Source: Octopus bimaculoides (Eukaryota). Taken from it: 32,455 nucleotides of DNA. The stretch covers positions 60,416,127-60,448,581 of the forward strand of contig NC_068983.1 in the NCBI RefSeq assembly GCF_001194135.2, read 5' to 3'. Shown one piece after another: positions 20,421-30,385 of the stretch. Under the pieces are notes generated by a model. It was given only the letters and a program-made list of their open reading frames with translations, was not told where the DNA came from and did not search any database. Both the position numbers and the translations under genes were made by a program. The stretch's first letter is position 1, and every line of letters starts with the position of its first letter.

Positions 20421-20775
20421 TCATAAAGAGAACTGGTGAAATCCTTTAATCTTAACAGAACTCCCTCATTATGCCGCCTACTTGTGTAGTACCTCCCAGT
20501 TGCATCTTAAGTACTTTAGAAACAGCAGCTGAGGTACACTATTCTAGCATACTATACACAACATAAATGTAATTGTTTTCATTTTATTTGAAATATAAGT
20601 ATTTTTTCTTCTTATATATAATATTTTATATTAATGTTTTAAACATTGGTTATTATATAGATTGCTTACATGAAATTACGGTATGCTATTGTCCCTTCCA
20701 CTCAATTCACATTCGTTTTTTAAAACCCTTAAATTGCATGTTTACTCTGAAATATTCGTTTGCATTCTACTTATA

Positions 20776-21000
20776 TTGGGCTGGTGCATAATTATTGCGG
20801 CTTTTTTCAACAAATTTCATGAAAAAAACAAAAACAATATTTAACAAAAACATCGTTAAATGACGGTCTGACCGTCTACCAAGCAAATGGGAAGCAGTAA
20901 TTGTAGATGGTGAGCATGTTCTGGAGCATAATCATTTTAAGATGTTTTTGTTGAATAAAATTTGTTGAAAAAAAGCTGCAATAATTATGCACCAACCCAA
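20776..21000 (+). mobile_element. Mariner-derived MITE (225 bp) with TA TSD
   Basis: About 42-bp near-perfect TIRs TTGGG(C/T)TGGTGCATAATTATTGC(G/A)GCTTTTTTCAACAAATTT. TA at 20774-20775 and 21001-21002. The interior encodes DRLPSKWEAVI.VDGEH, a mariner transposase C-terminus. Confidence 0.92.
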
Positions 21001-21064
21001 TAATTTATGAGCCGGCTATATGTTGGACATTCTCTAACGGGAAGAACATGTTTTTATTTCACAT

Positions 21065-21318
21065 TGCTGTGTGGCTAAGAAGCTCATTTTGCAACCATGT
21101 GACATCTTGAGCAAACGTCTGTTACTATAGTCCCCAGTCCGACCATTGCCGTGTGTGTGTGTGTTCTTTGCTGTTTGACAACAGGTTTTGGTTTGTTTAC
21201 GTCTCCGTAACTTGGCAGTTCGACAAAAATAAGTACTGGGGTCGATTTGTTTGACTAAAACCCCTTCAAGATGGTGCCCAAGCATAGCCGCAGTCCAATG
21301 ACTGAAACAAGTAAAAGA
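21065..21318 (+). mobile_element. Degenerate type A SINE with internal deletions
   Basis: GCTGTGTGG head remnant and ACTGGGGTCGATTTG...GACTGAAACAAGTAAAAGA tail. Confidence 0.72.
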
Positions 21319-21554
21319 CAAACGACAAACAGGTAACCAACACAATGTTGATCAGTCTTTCTATTAAAATTCCCATTTGGTAAATGGTGACGCTTTAACC
21401 ATAATTTGAGCCTCGTATTTGATCGCACCAGAAGACTATTGGACTTCTGTTTTTGGTTGAGAATAGCTGCAATTACCACACCAAATAAAAGTATATCTGT
21501 CTCAACTTCCAGTAGTATGGGTCTTTTTCTCCTGGTTCTTCAATATCCTGCCAC

Positions 21555-21773
21555 ATAAAGGCGGCGAACTGGCAGAACCGTTAGCACACCGAGCAAAATG
21601 CTTAGCAGTATTTCGTCTGTCTTTACGTTCTAAGTTCAAATTCTACCGAGATTGACTTTGCCTTTCATCCTTTCGGGGTTGATAAATTAAGTACCAGTTG
21701 CGTACTGGATCGATCTAATCGGGTGGCCCCCACCCCGAAAAAGATTTCGGGTCTTGTACCTAGAGTAGAAAAG
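21555..21773 (+). mobile_element. Type B SINE, full length, 13-bp TSD
   Basis: Perfect TSD AATATCCTGCCAC at 21542-21554 and 21774-21786. Head AAGGCGGCGAACTGGCAGAACCGTTAGC. Confidence 0.92.
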
Positions 21774-21985
21774 AATATCCTGCCACTTCAATTTAAGAAA
21801 TGCCGTTTCTATCTCTTTTGTAACAGCAAATGAAATTGTAATAATCGGGGGATGAACCTTGCTTGAATAATCATACGCTTACAGATCCTGTGGAAATTCC
21901 ATGGTTATTTTGAAAATTGTGAGATGGAATTGTATTTTTTTCTGCAGAATTTGATCATGTGGACTGTTATAGTACTTTCCATGCC

Positions 21986-22105
<120 letters not shown>

Positions 22106-22330
22106 GCCTCTCCTTTCAACTATATTACATCCCCACTGCACTAAACACGGTCTGTTCCTCCCTCTCTCCCCCTCTCTCTCTCCCTTCAATTAATAAATCA
22201 TATAACATTAACAGCCTCTTTCTATCAGATCTCACTACTAACCACTCTTCTCTTTCTCTCTCTTCGCTTCTTTCTCTCCAACTAATCATGTGACAGTATT
22301 ACACATTCGCCTCAGTGTTTGAACATTGAG

Positions 22331-22512
22331 ATTCACTGAGAATGACAAGGAAAAAAGCCAAGACTCCTACAAAATGATTTAATATTCCAAAAATCATATA
22401 AATCATGCATTGTCAGAATAATTATATATTCACTGAGAATAATAGAGCGAATAGCCAAGAATTCCACAAATTGATTTAATATTCCAGAAACATATAAACC
22501 ATGCAATTGTTG
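22331..22512. repeat. Diverged 97-bp tandem duplication
   Basis: ATTCACTGAGAAT at 22331 and 22428, each followed by AGCCAAGA, TGATTTAATATTCCA and CATATAAA.CATGCA. Confidence 0.8.
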
Positions 22513-23489
22513 GAACCATCCAGGATCATGACATATATTTTCGTTTTCAACTACACAACTAAGGTTGTTCAACTTTTGAGTTAAAAACAGAAATTTACGC
22601 TCGTTGCCACAAACACTCATACTTTTAGCAGCTGTAAGGAATTTTTAAAGATTAACATTGTGATCTTTCTGTGTTAAACCACAGATGAGGTTTTTCAATA
22701 TACTAAGGCTCCCAATAGTTTTTCTTCTTCGATAACCGAACCCATAATGAGCTCAAAGTAAACCAGTTTCTTTGTCACTTTAAAAAGTAACTTGAGTGAA
22801 CCAGCCACAGCTTATTGCATCTTCGAATGCATTGTATTGTTTGCCTTTGTTCTTAATTGGAACTAGGTGCTAGCCACTATAGAAAACATTGGCACTGGAT
22901 TCTTGCCACTAAGCAATCTTGTTCCTCAATGTCATAAAATCAAAATAAAGAATACTCGTCAAGAAGCGTGAATCTGTTTTATGGTGTCTGGTTAATCAAC
23001 ACTGAGACAACTTTTATGTGTTTCATCCTTCACAACTACAACAATTTGTGTGCTTTGGAGAATTACTGGGTTAAAATGTTTCCTCTCTTAATAGCTGTTA
23101 CGTTTCTCTTGTTATAAAATTGTGATCTTCAAGAAAATAGCTGTTACATGATGACAATTTGACACCAGATTAGCAAATATTGTTGGAAGGCAAATATTGT
23201 TAATATTGTTAAGTGTTACGTTTTAATGAAGTTTCTCAAAGTTCTGACCTAACATAATGTCAGAACACAACTGAAGAAGTGTATACAGGTATATATTATG
23301 ATAGCGCTGCCATGCATGAAGAGCCAATTTTTGGAGTAGAAAGCAAAATAGTAACCATGGTAACAGAACTTCTCTTATGTTGCAAAGGGTAAGTAATGAG
23401 TAGCATTTTAAATTAAGACGAATAAAACTTATAGAACTACTAGGTATCAGGGCATTTCGATGATGTCTTTTGAGAATTAGCTTTTCACA

Positions 23490-23900
23490 TCATCATCGTC
23501 GTTGTCGTCATCGTTGTTTAACGTCTGCTTTCCATGCTGGCATTGGTTGGACGCTTTGACTGGGAACTGGCAAGCTAGGAGGCCGCACCAGGCTCCAATC
23601 TGATCTGGCAATGTTTCTACAGCTGGATGCCCTTCCTAACGCCAACCACTTTGAGAGTGTAGTGGGTGCTTTTTACATGCCATTGGCACAGGAGCCAGTC
23701 AAGCGACACTGGCATCAGCCACATTTGGATGGTGCTTTTTACGAGCCACCGACACAAGAAGCCAATCAGGTGGCACTGGCAACGACCCACGCATGAATGG
23801 TGCTTATTGCGTGCCACCAGCATGGGAGCTAGTCAGGTGGCACTGGCATCGGCCACAGCTACAATTTCCATTTAATTTTGATTTTGATTTTACTTGACTC
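23490..23900 (-). mobile_element. RTE-like retroelement 3' tail with internal minisatellite of about 65 bp and (GAT)n end
   Basis: (CAT)n end, GCTGGATGCCCTTCCTAACGCCAACCACT motif, and three GGTGCTT...GCCA...GTCA.G...ACTGGCA units. Confidence 0.66.
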
Positions 23901-23904
23901 AATA

Positions 23905-24310
23905 GGTCTCCTCAGATGCTTTAATATATCGCCTTGAGTAGCAGCTGAAGTCGATAGCAACGTTGGTTGAACAATGAAAATAGCGACAGTAATGGTGGTT
24001 GATGAAGAAGCAGCACAATATACTTATAACGAAATAACCAGGGACGATTTGTCCTAGCACCACTCGTAGGTTCCAATAGGCTAGCAAGAATTTCCTGAAA
24101 TATAAGCACAGTTCAAAGACCCCCGTTCTGGTGTTCAGGATGTTCTCTGGGTCAAGGGAATCATTTAGGATCCTTGTCCATTTTGCTATGCATAATTTAA
24201 AGCAGTTGGTCGTGTTAATGTTGGGGCCTGGATTGTCTAGGATTCTCCAGGATATTGTGTATGGAATCCCATTGTCTATTAGCTGCCATATGTGCAATTG
24301 CCTGGAGACC
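23905..24310 (-). mobile_element. Penelope-like element GIY-YIG endonuclease C-terminus and 3' flank
   Basis: ORF 23899..24297 reads HIWQLIDNGIPYTISWRILD...TNCFKLCIAKWTRIL...ILNTRTGVFELCLYFRKFLL. This matches the PLE motif HIW.LK......I.W.IL......C.LC..EK..I......LN.R.E....C.H..KFLL. Confidence 0.78.
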
Positions 24311-24358
24311 TCACATGTCTAGGGACCTGAAAGCTATAGACAATGGCATTTACTTGAC

Positions 24359-24808
24359 ATGATGCAGTGCTATGGAACACAGGACCTGGAGGTTACAAAG
24401 TAAAACTTCTTAACCATTTGGCTCTATATATATTAAACCAACAAGCTGTGATATCTCAAGGCATGGGTATACTGAGCAGTTGCCTGGGGACCTTACGTGT
24501 CTTGGGGTCCAATTCTGATCTATGTATGTTGTGGCTTGCTGACATTATCAGAAGGGGTATCAATGTACATGGCTTCCTATCACAAGTGGAGCCTGTAAGT
24601 CTTGACAGCAGTGATTGGTAGCCACCCAGACAGAATAACCCTCTTACAATATAAGGGAGGTAAATCCATAATCTGGGACACGATGTGCTGTGACATGTTC
24701 TCCAGCTTTGTCGCATCACCAGCAAACCTGGATATCACCACTCATAACACAGAGGAGAGGAAGTTAAGCAAGTATCAGAGCCTGACCAGCCACTATCTGT
24801 TTGTGACA
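24359..24808 (+). mobile_element. RLE-type (CRE-like) non-LTR retrotransposon endonuclease-domain relic
   Basis: PDRITLLQYKGGKSIIWDTMCCDMF...EERKLSKYQSLTSHYLFV matches the restriction-like endonuclease pattern RPDG.TL.PW..GK.L.WD.T..D....AE..K..KY..L...Y.F.P. Confidence 0.62.
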
Positions 24809-25580
24809 NNNNNNNNNNNNNNNNNNNNNNNNNNNNNNNNNNNNNNNNNNNNNNNNNNNNNNNNNNNNNNNNNNNNNNNNNNNNNNNNNNNNNNNNNNNN
24901 NNNNNNNNNNNNNNNNNNNNNNNNNNNNNNNNNNNNNNNNNNNNNNNNNNNNNNNNNNNNNNNNNNNNNNNNNNNNNNNNNNNNNNNNNNNNNNNNNNNN
25001 NNNNNNNNNNNNNNNNNNNNNNNNNNNNNNNNNNNNNNNNNNNNNNNNNNNNNNNNNNNNNNNNNNNNNNNNNNNNNNNNNNNNNNNNNNNNNNNNNNNN
25101 NNNNNNNNNNNNNNNNNNNNNNNNNNNNNNNNNNNNNNNNNNNNNNNNNNNNNNNNNNNNNNNNNNNNNNNNNNNNNNNNNNNNNNNNNNNNNNNNNNNN
25201 NNNNNNNNNNNNNNNNNNNNNNNNNNNNNNNNNNNNNNNNNNNNNNNNNNNNNNNNNNNNNNNNNNNNNNNNNNNNNNNNNNNNNNNNNNNNNNNNNNNN
25301 NNNNNNNNNNNNNNNNNNNNNNNNNNNNNNNNNNNNNNNNNNNNNNNNNNNNNNNNNNNNNNNNNNNNNNNNNNNNNNNNNNNNNNNNNNNNNNNNNNNN
25401 NNNNNNNNNNNNNNNNNNNNNNNNNNNNNNNNNNNNNNNNNNNNNNNNNNNNNNNNNNNNNNNNNNNNNNNNNNNNNNNNNNNNNNNNNNNNNNNNNNNN
25501 NNNNNNNNNNNNNNNNNNNNNNNNNNNNNNNNNNNNNNNNNNNNNNNNNNNNNNNNNNNNNNNNNNNNNNNNNNNNNNNC
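24809..25580. other. Assembly gap (772 N)
   Basis: Run of N. Confidence 1.
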
Positions 25581-25992
25581 TAGAAGTTTATTTCATGATT
25601 ATTTATATATGGTGAAGAAATGCCCGAGTCTGTCACACGACAAGCGACTGAGAGAATCGTAGAAGATGAGAACATAATTAAAACTCAGCAATATGATTGA
25701 AACGAATCACATCCTACAGGATATTTGCACCATGACAATCAATATGGAAACTACCATTAAGTTTCTGGTATTGTTTGGATTAATTAATTACTAAGTCAGT
25801 GAAGTGGAGTAATTAGTCAACATGGTTGGTGAATAGTGAGATATGTATAGATGGAATCACTTGGAGATACACATATATACAGAAATACATGTATACACAT
25901 CTATGGAGAACTTGCTCTGAAGTCATTGGGTGTTTCTGGATGGCTAACATATGTCTTCCATGCTGCAATTATGTGTGTGTGTGTGTGTGTGT

Positions 25993-26250
25993 GAAGGAGT
26001 GTACTTTGTGGTTATAATACTTGGTTCATGATCGTAAGGTCGTGAGTTCAATTCCCAGTGATATATATCCTTGAGCAAGATCCTTTATTTCACATTGCAC
26101 CAGTCTACTCAGCTGGCAATAGTGAGTTGTACCTGTTATTCAAAGGTCCAGCCTTGTCTAACTTTATGTCATGCTAAATCTCCATCAGAATTGCATTAGG
26201 GTTACATGGGTCTAGGGAGTGCTCAGCACTTGCACATTCATTTCACAATG
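25993..26250 (+). mobile_element. tRNA-derived SINE (type D body with tail 1)
   Basis: tRNA-like head with GAGTTCAATTCCC, then TTGAGCAAGA..TTTATTTCAC core. The 3' part (TTCAAAGG.CCAGCCTTGTC...GGAGTGCTCAGC.ACTTGCAC) aligns with the reverse complement of 6170-6290. Confidence 0.7.
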
Positions 26251-26282
26251 AGTGCTAGCTTTTTTGTTACATATATATTCTA

Positions 26283-26968
26283 TTCTATTCTTTTACTTGT
26301 TTCAGTCATTTGACTGTGGCCATGCTGAAGCACTGCTTTTAGTCAAACAAATCAACTCCAGGGCTTATTCTTTGTAAGCAAAGTACTTATTCTATCGGTC
26401 TCTTTTTGCTGAACTGCTAAGTGACGAGGATGTAAACACACCAACATCGATTGTCAAGCGATAGTAGAGGGACAGACACACACAAATACATATATATATA
26501 TATTAATTTATACCACTAGTTGTTGCAGAAAGAAATAATGAAAAAATACAAAATAGTGCCTAATAACACTTTAAGATCTTTGAACTTATCCGCCAATTAT
26601 GACCAACTACAACATAGAAGAGAAAACTGAACCTTCTGCACCTTCCTGACCCCGCATAACAATTAAGGACCATAAAGAAAATTTCCTAACAGACATGAAA
26701 GTAAGAGTAATCTGCCCTAATAAATCCGATCTATGTAAGCTAAGTAAATTAATCTGAGATAAATATATTCCTACTATAAAAAACAAAATCACTCTAGAAT
26801 TATGGTCAAATACCCATGATGCTCTTAATTGGTTCTCCAATATACAGAATAAATCCACTCACAAGGCTTTGATCGGCCCGAGGCTATAGTAGGTGCCACG
26901 CAGTGGGGCTGAACCAGGAACCATGCGGTTGGGAAGCAAGCTACTTACCACACAGCCACTCCTGCGCC
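26283..26968 (-). mobile_element. Type A SINE split by a PLE fragment
   Basis: Tail and body at 26283-26502; head AAATCCACTCACAAGGCTTTG...CACACAGCCACTCCTGCGCC at 26853-26968. Confidence 0.82.
26520..26852 (+). mobile_element. Penelope-like element RT N-terminal fragment
   Basis: From 26656: ITIKDHKENFLTDMKVRVICPNKSDLCKLSKLI*DKYIPTIKNKITLELWSNTHDALNWFSNIQN. Matches the PLE pattern ITLKDHK.NF......RLINP.KS..GK.SK.ILD......L.QW.NT...I.WF..I. Confidence 0.8.
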
Positions 26969-26974
26969 TATATA

Positions 26975-27350
26975 TCATCATCATCATCATCATTTAACAT
27001 CTGTTTTTCATGCTGGCATGGGTTAGATGGCTTGACAGGAGCTGGCCTGGCAGAAGATTGTACCAGGCGTCAGTGTTTGTTTTGTCATGGTTCTTATGGC
27101 TGGATGCCTTCCTGAAACGAACTCCACCATAGTGTGGATTGAAGGCTTTTTATGTGGCACCAGCACAGGCAAGGTCAGTTTTTGCAGGGGTTTTGCAGCT
27201 AGATACCCTTCCAAACACCAACCACTTTACAGTTGACAGGGTCACCAAGTAACTTGCAAAACAAAGAACTTTTGAGAAGGGAGGGACCATTGGAGGAGGT
27301 GACCTTGTGCTAGAGGATGAAAGGTTAGAATGTGACAGAGAGACAGAAAT
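26975..27350 (-). mobile_element. Degenerate RTE-like 3' tail with (GAT)n end
   Basis: (CAT)n then TTTAACATCTGTTTTTCATGCTGGCATGGGTT and GCTGGATGCCTTCC, as at 23490 and 4545. Confidence 0.62.
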
Positions 27351-27389
27351 ATGTGTCTTGCTGTAGATAATGGTTACTTGGTCAGAGAG

Positions 27390-27905
27390 AAAGAGAGGGG
27401 GAGAGAGACTGAGGAATGGGGAATGAAACAGGTGTGTTGCTGTAGAGAAGGTACATGGATAACCTGTCAAAGGGGAAAACAAGACAGAGAGAGAGAAAGA
27501 AAGGAGGAGGGAGAGAGAGAGGAGGAGGGAGAGAGAGAGGGGAGGAGGGAGAGGGAGAGAGAGGGGAGGAGGAGGGGGAGAGAGAGAGTTGGGAAAAGGG
27601 TGTAGAGGAGATAGGGGGAAGGAAAGAAAGCAGGAAGAGGGAGTGGGAAAGAGTGAGAGAAAGGAGGATGCAGGATGAGAAAAATAGTGAGGACAAGTGA
27701 GGTGGGAGAAAGGGAAAGGGGAAAAGGAGAGGGAGAGAAAGGTACAAAGGGAGGGAGTTAGAGTCAGAGAAAGCTGGGAGAGAGAGAGAGAGAGATTGTG
27801 TGAGAGGGAAAGGAAGAGAGCAAGAGAAAAAGGTAGAGGGAGAGAAAGGATAAAGGAAAAGAAAAAGAGAGAGAGAAAGAGTAAGAGAGAGAGAGAGCTG
27901 TGTGA
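27390..27905. repeat. Polypurine (GA/GGA) low-complexity tract
   Basis: Direct reading. Explains the Leu/Ser/Pro and Arg/Glu/Gly ORFs at 27150-28005. Confidence 0.92.
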
Positions 27906-28539
27906 GTAGACTGAAATAATAAAGGAATTCATTGTGGAATTCTAATCCAAATTGTCTGCCATGTTCTTTTTTTTGTCCTTTCTCCTTCCTAAAAGTGACC
28001 ACCACTTTAATTTCCGATGTAATGTTTACTCAGATCTCAAGATCTCAATCTTCAGCCTTTTCTACTCAATGACGTCAAATGCAATCAATAGATTTACTTT
28101 TCACCTGCCAACTTCACTCATTTTGGGGTTTTATTTTCCTTTCTCTTTCCTCCATTTTTTCTTTTTCTTTTTCTTTTTCTCATTTTCTCATTTTCTAATA
28201 TTTGTTCTTTCTTGTTTTCAGATCTGAAGACGTGATTCTTTCGTTTTTAGTTTATATTTCTCTATTGACACAAATTCTTGAATAAATAATCAAAAGAATT
28301 AACAAGTATATATAAATATATAACTCGTGCAGGATCAGTTAAATAAATAAAACAATGATAAATAAAGTAAAATGATGATAATTACTGGTATTGTTTATTT
28401 TTAAAACAATTGTTATAGGTTCTAAGAAAATAAATTGTGATATACAAGGCTTTCTCAAGAATTTTCCATTTTCTTCTCTCTTGTTATTTATGTATTTCAT
28501 GTTGTTTGCACAGTTGGTGACGTCCTGTACCCATATATG

Positions 28540-28546
<7 letters not shown>

Positions 28547-28588
<42 letters not shown>

Positions 28589-28603
28589 CATCATCATCAT
28601 CAT
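28547..28603. repeat. (CA)n(CAT)n microsatellite
   Basis: Direct reading. Confidence 0.96.
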
Positions 28604-28899
28604 ATATATTATTTATTATTGTGTGGATATATATATATATCAAAGTTACATAAGGCCGGTTTATGGGATTACCTTATACAAATGGCAGCTAATAGATGAC
28701 AGGATTCCATAAATATATATAGAGAGAGTGAGAGAGAAGAGAAGAAATGGCTATATCTTCTCTACATATATTAAACCATGGTTTTACCTTTAAATTACCT
28801 ACTACCTTATAACGCAGACTATACATATAACCTCTAACTTATAACCTCTAACTTATATCTTGCTATATATATATATACATATAATTGTTAAAGGGGGCA

Positions 28900-29500
28900 A
28901 CAAATGCTAAGGCAAGACAAACATCTCAAGTCATATACGTTATTATTATCGGTAAGATTCAAAGTCTTACAGCTGTTTCTTCCATCATTGGAAATAAATA
29001 AGGAAAATGTGAAGGGTATAGATTAAGGAAATAATGACATAGAGGACTGGGGAAAAGGAATAAAGAAATGAAGAAAAAGAAGAAAAGAAGCATAACAGTT
29101 CACAGTTCAATTTTCTGATAGTGTAGATGTTAGTCCATAAGTCCTTAGATGCAATCCTAATTAAATCCATGTATGGTTATAGCCTTCATAGTGTAAATAT
29201 CCAGAGATAAACATGAACATATTGAAGGTTTGTAAGAGAACGATAGCAGAGGTGGCTATTCAGGGGTAAAGAGAAAGGTATTGGTAGGGAAGCTGGAGGT
29301 TCAGAAAATAGAGGAAGAATGCAAGGATTGGTATGAAGGACAAAATAAGGTATATAAAAATATAATGTACAACAATAACCAAGATAAATAAATAAATATA
29401 TAAGGGTAAATAAGGAGAGAGGAGGAGGAGGTAAAGGAAGATAACGTAAAAATTATAAAATAAAGTAAAATGAAAGGGATTCAAAGAGAATAGTAGATGC
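28900..29500 (-). mobile_element. PLE pLTR-like fragment with collapsed hammerhead
   Basis: GTCTTACAGCTGTTTC at 28964-28979 is identical to 2787-2802, followed by a purine-rich plus strand. Boundaries are approximate. Confidence 0.5.
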
Positions 29501-29601
29501 CAGTGCTATTCTTCTAGTTTCTAGGGGTTGGGGAGGAAATCTAGTAGTAAGTGTTTGTGTCCATTTTATGGTTAAGGTCAGTGACTAAAGAAATATTTTC
29601 G

Positions 29602-29875
29602 GACATTGCACATCCAGTGGAGCATACTAGCTTCATTTCTTACAAACCTATGCATGTCCTAAGCAGTCATAGCCCAAGTTTTGCTGCCATGTAGCATGGC
29701 TGTTCACACACAGGCATCATACAATTTGCCTTTAATTCTGAGAGAGAGAGAGACCCTTTGTTACCAGCAGAGGTCGGAGTTCTCTGAACTTTGCTCAGCC
29801 TATTCTTATTCTAGCAGCTATGCTCTCAGAGCATCCACTCCCACTATTGACTTGGTCACCTAAGTAACAGAAACA
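29602..29875 (-). mobile_element. RTE (BovB-like) RT fragment
   Basis: FCYLGDQVNSGSGCSESIAARIRIG*AKFRELRPLLVTKGLSL..KGKLYDACV*TAMLHGSKTWA....RNEASMLHWMCNV contains the YLG thumb motif and LYG.ETW-like motif. Confidence 0.83.
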
Positions 29876-29994
29876 TGCTGCTAACACAAAATAGGGCACA
29901 GTATTGACTTAAAAACCTTTAATATATTTTGTAGTATATTATGGTTTCAAAATGGAGTACTGTGTCCTTCCCTGCAATTAATGTATGTATACAT

Positions 29995-30385
29995 AGTCGG
30001 CTCCAGCTCGTATCTGAGCATTGGGTTCGTCAGTTTCTATCCAGTCTCCTCAGCTGATGTTTGTGCCGAATGTGACTTTAGAGTCCAAGTTTGTGGCGAA
30101 AGAGTCGTGGGCAGAATTCGCACAGGATGGTCAGTGTGGGTCGAGGATGTTGAAGACACTCCTTTCTTCTCCTGTGCTTTACCTCCTCGTTCTGTTGTCT
30201 GTTCTGCTCGAAGTAGCTGGCTCCATTGCAGATAGCAATCCTCCAGGCCGTTCTATCCATGGCAATCTGTTCCCATGAGGATGGCTGGATGTTAGTTTGA
30301 GCAAGAGTCTGTTTGAGCTGATCTTTCAAATGGAATTTTAGACCTCCTCTGGGTCTTGTTCCAATTGCAAGTTCTCCATAGATGT
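29995..30385 (-). mobile_element. RTE-like LINE ORF2 C-terminus with zinc-finger-like end
   Basis: YGELAIGTRPRGGLKFHLKDQLKQTL...WEQIAMDRTAWRIAICNGASYFEQNR...CEFCPRLFRHKLGL*SHIRHKH matches LYGEL..G.R..G.P..R.KD..K....WE..A.DR..WR...C..C.R......GL.SH.R.H. Confidence 0.8.

Larger units (their letters stand above)
24359..25915 (+). repeat. Left arm of a long inverted duplication (contains a gap)
   Basis: 24359-24770 is the reverse complement of 31690-32100 (about 94%). 25581-25915 is the reverse complement of 30367-30701 (1 mismatch seen in 335 bp). Confidence 0.93.
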
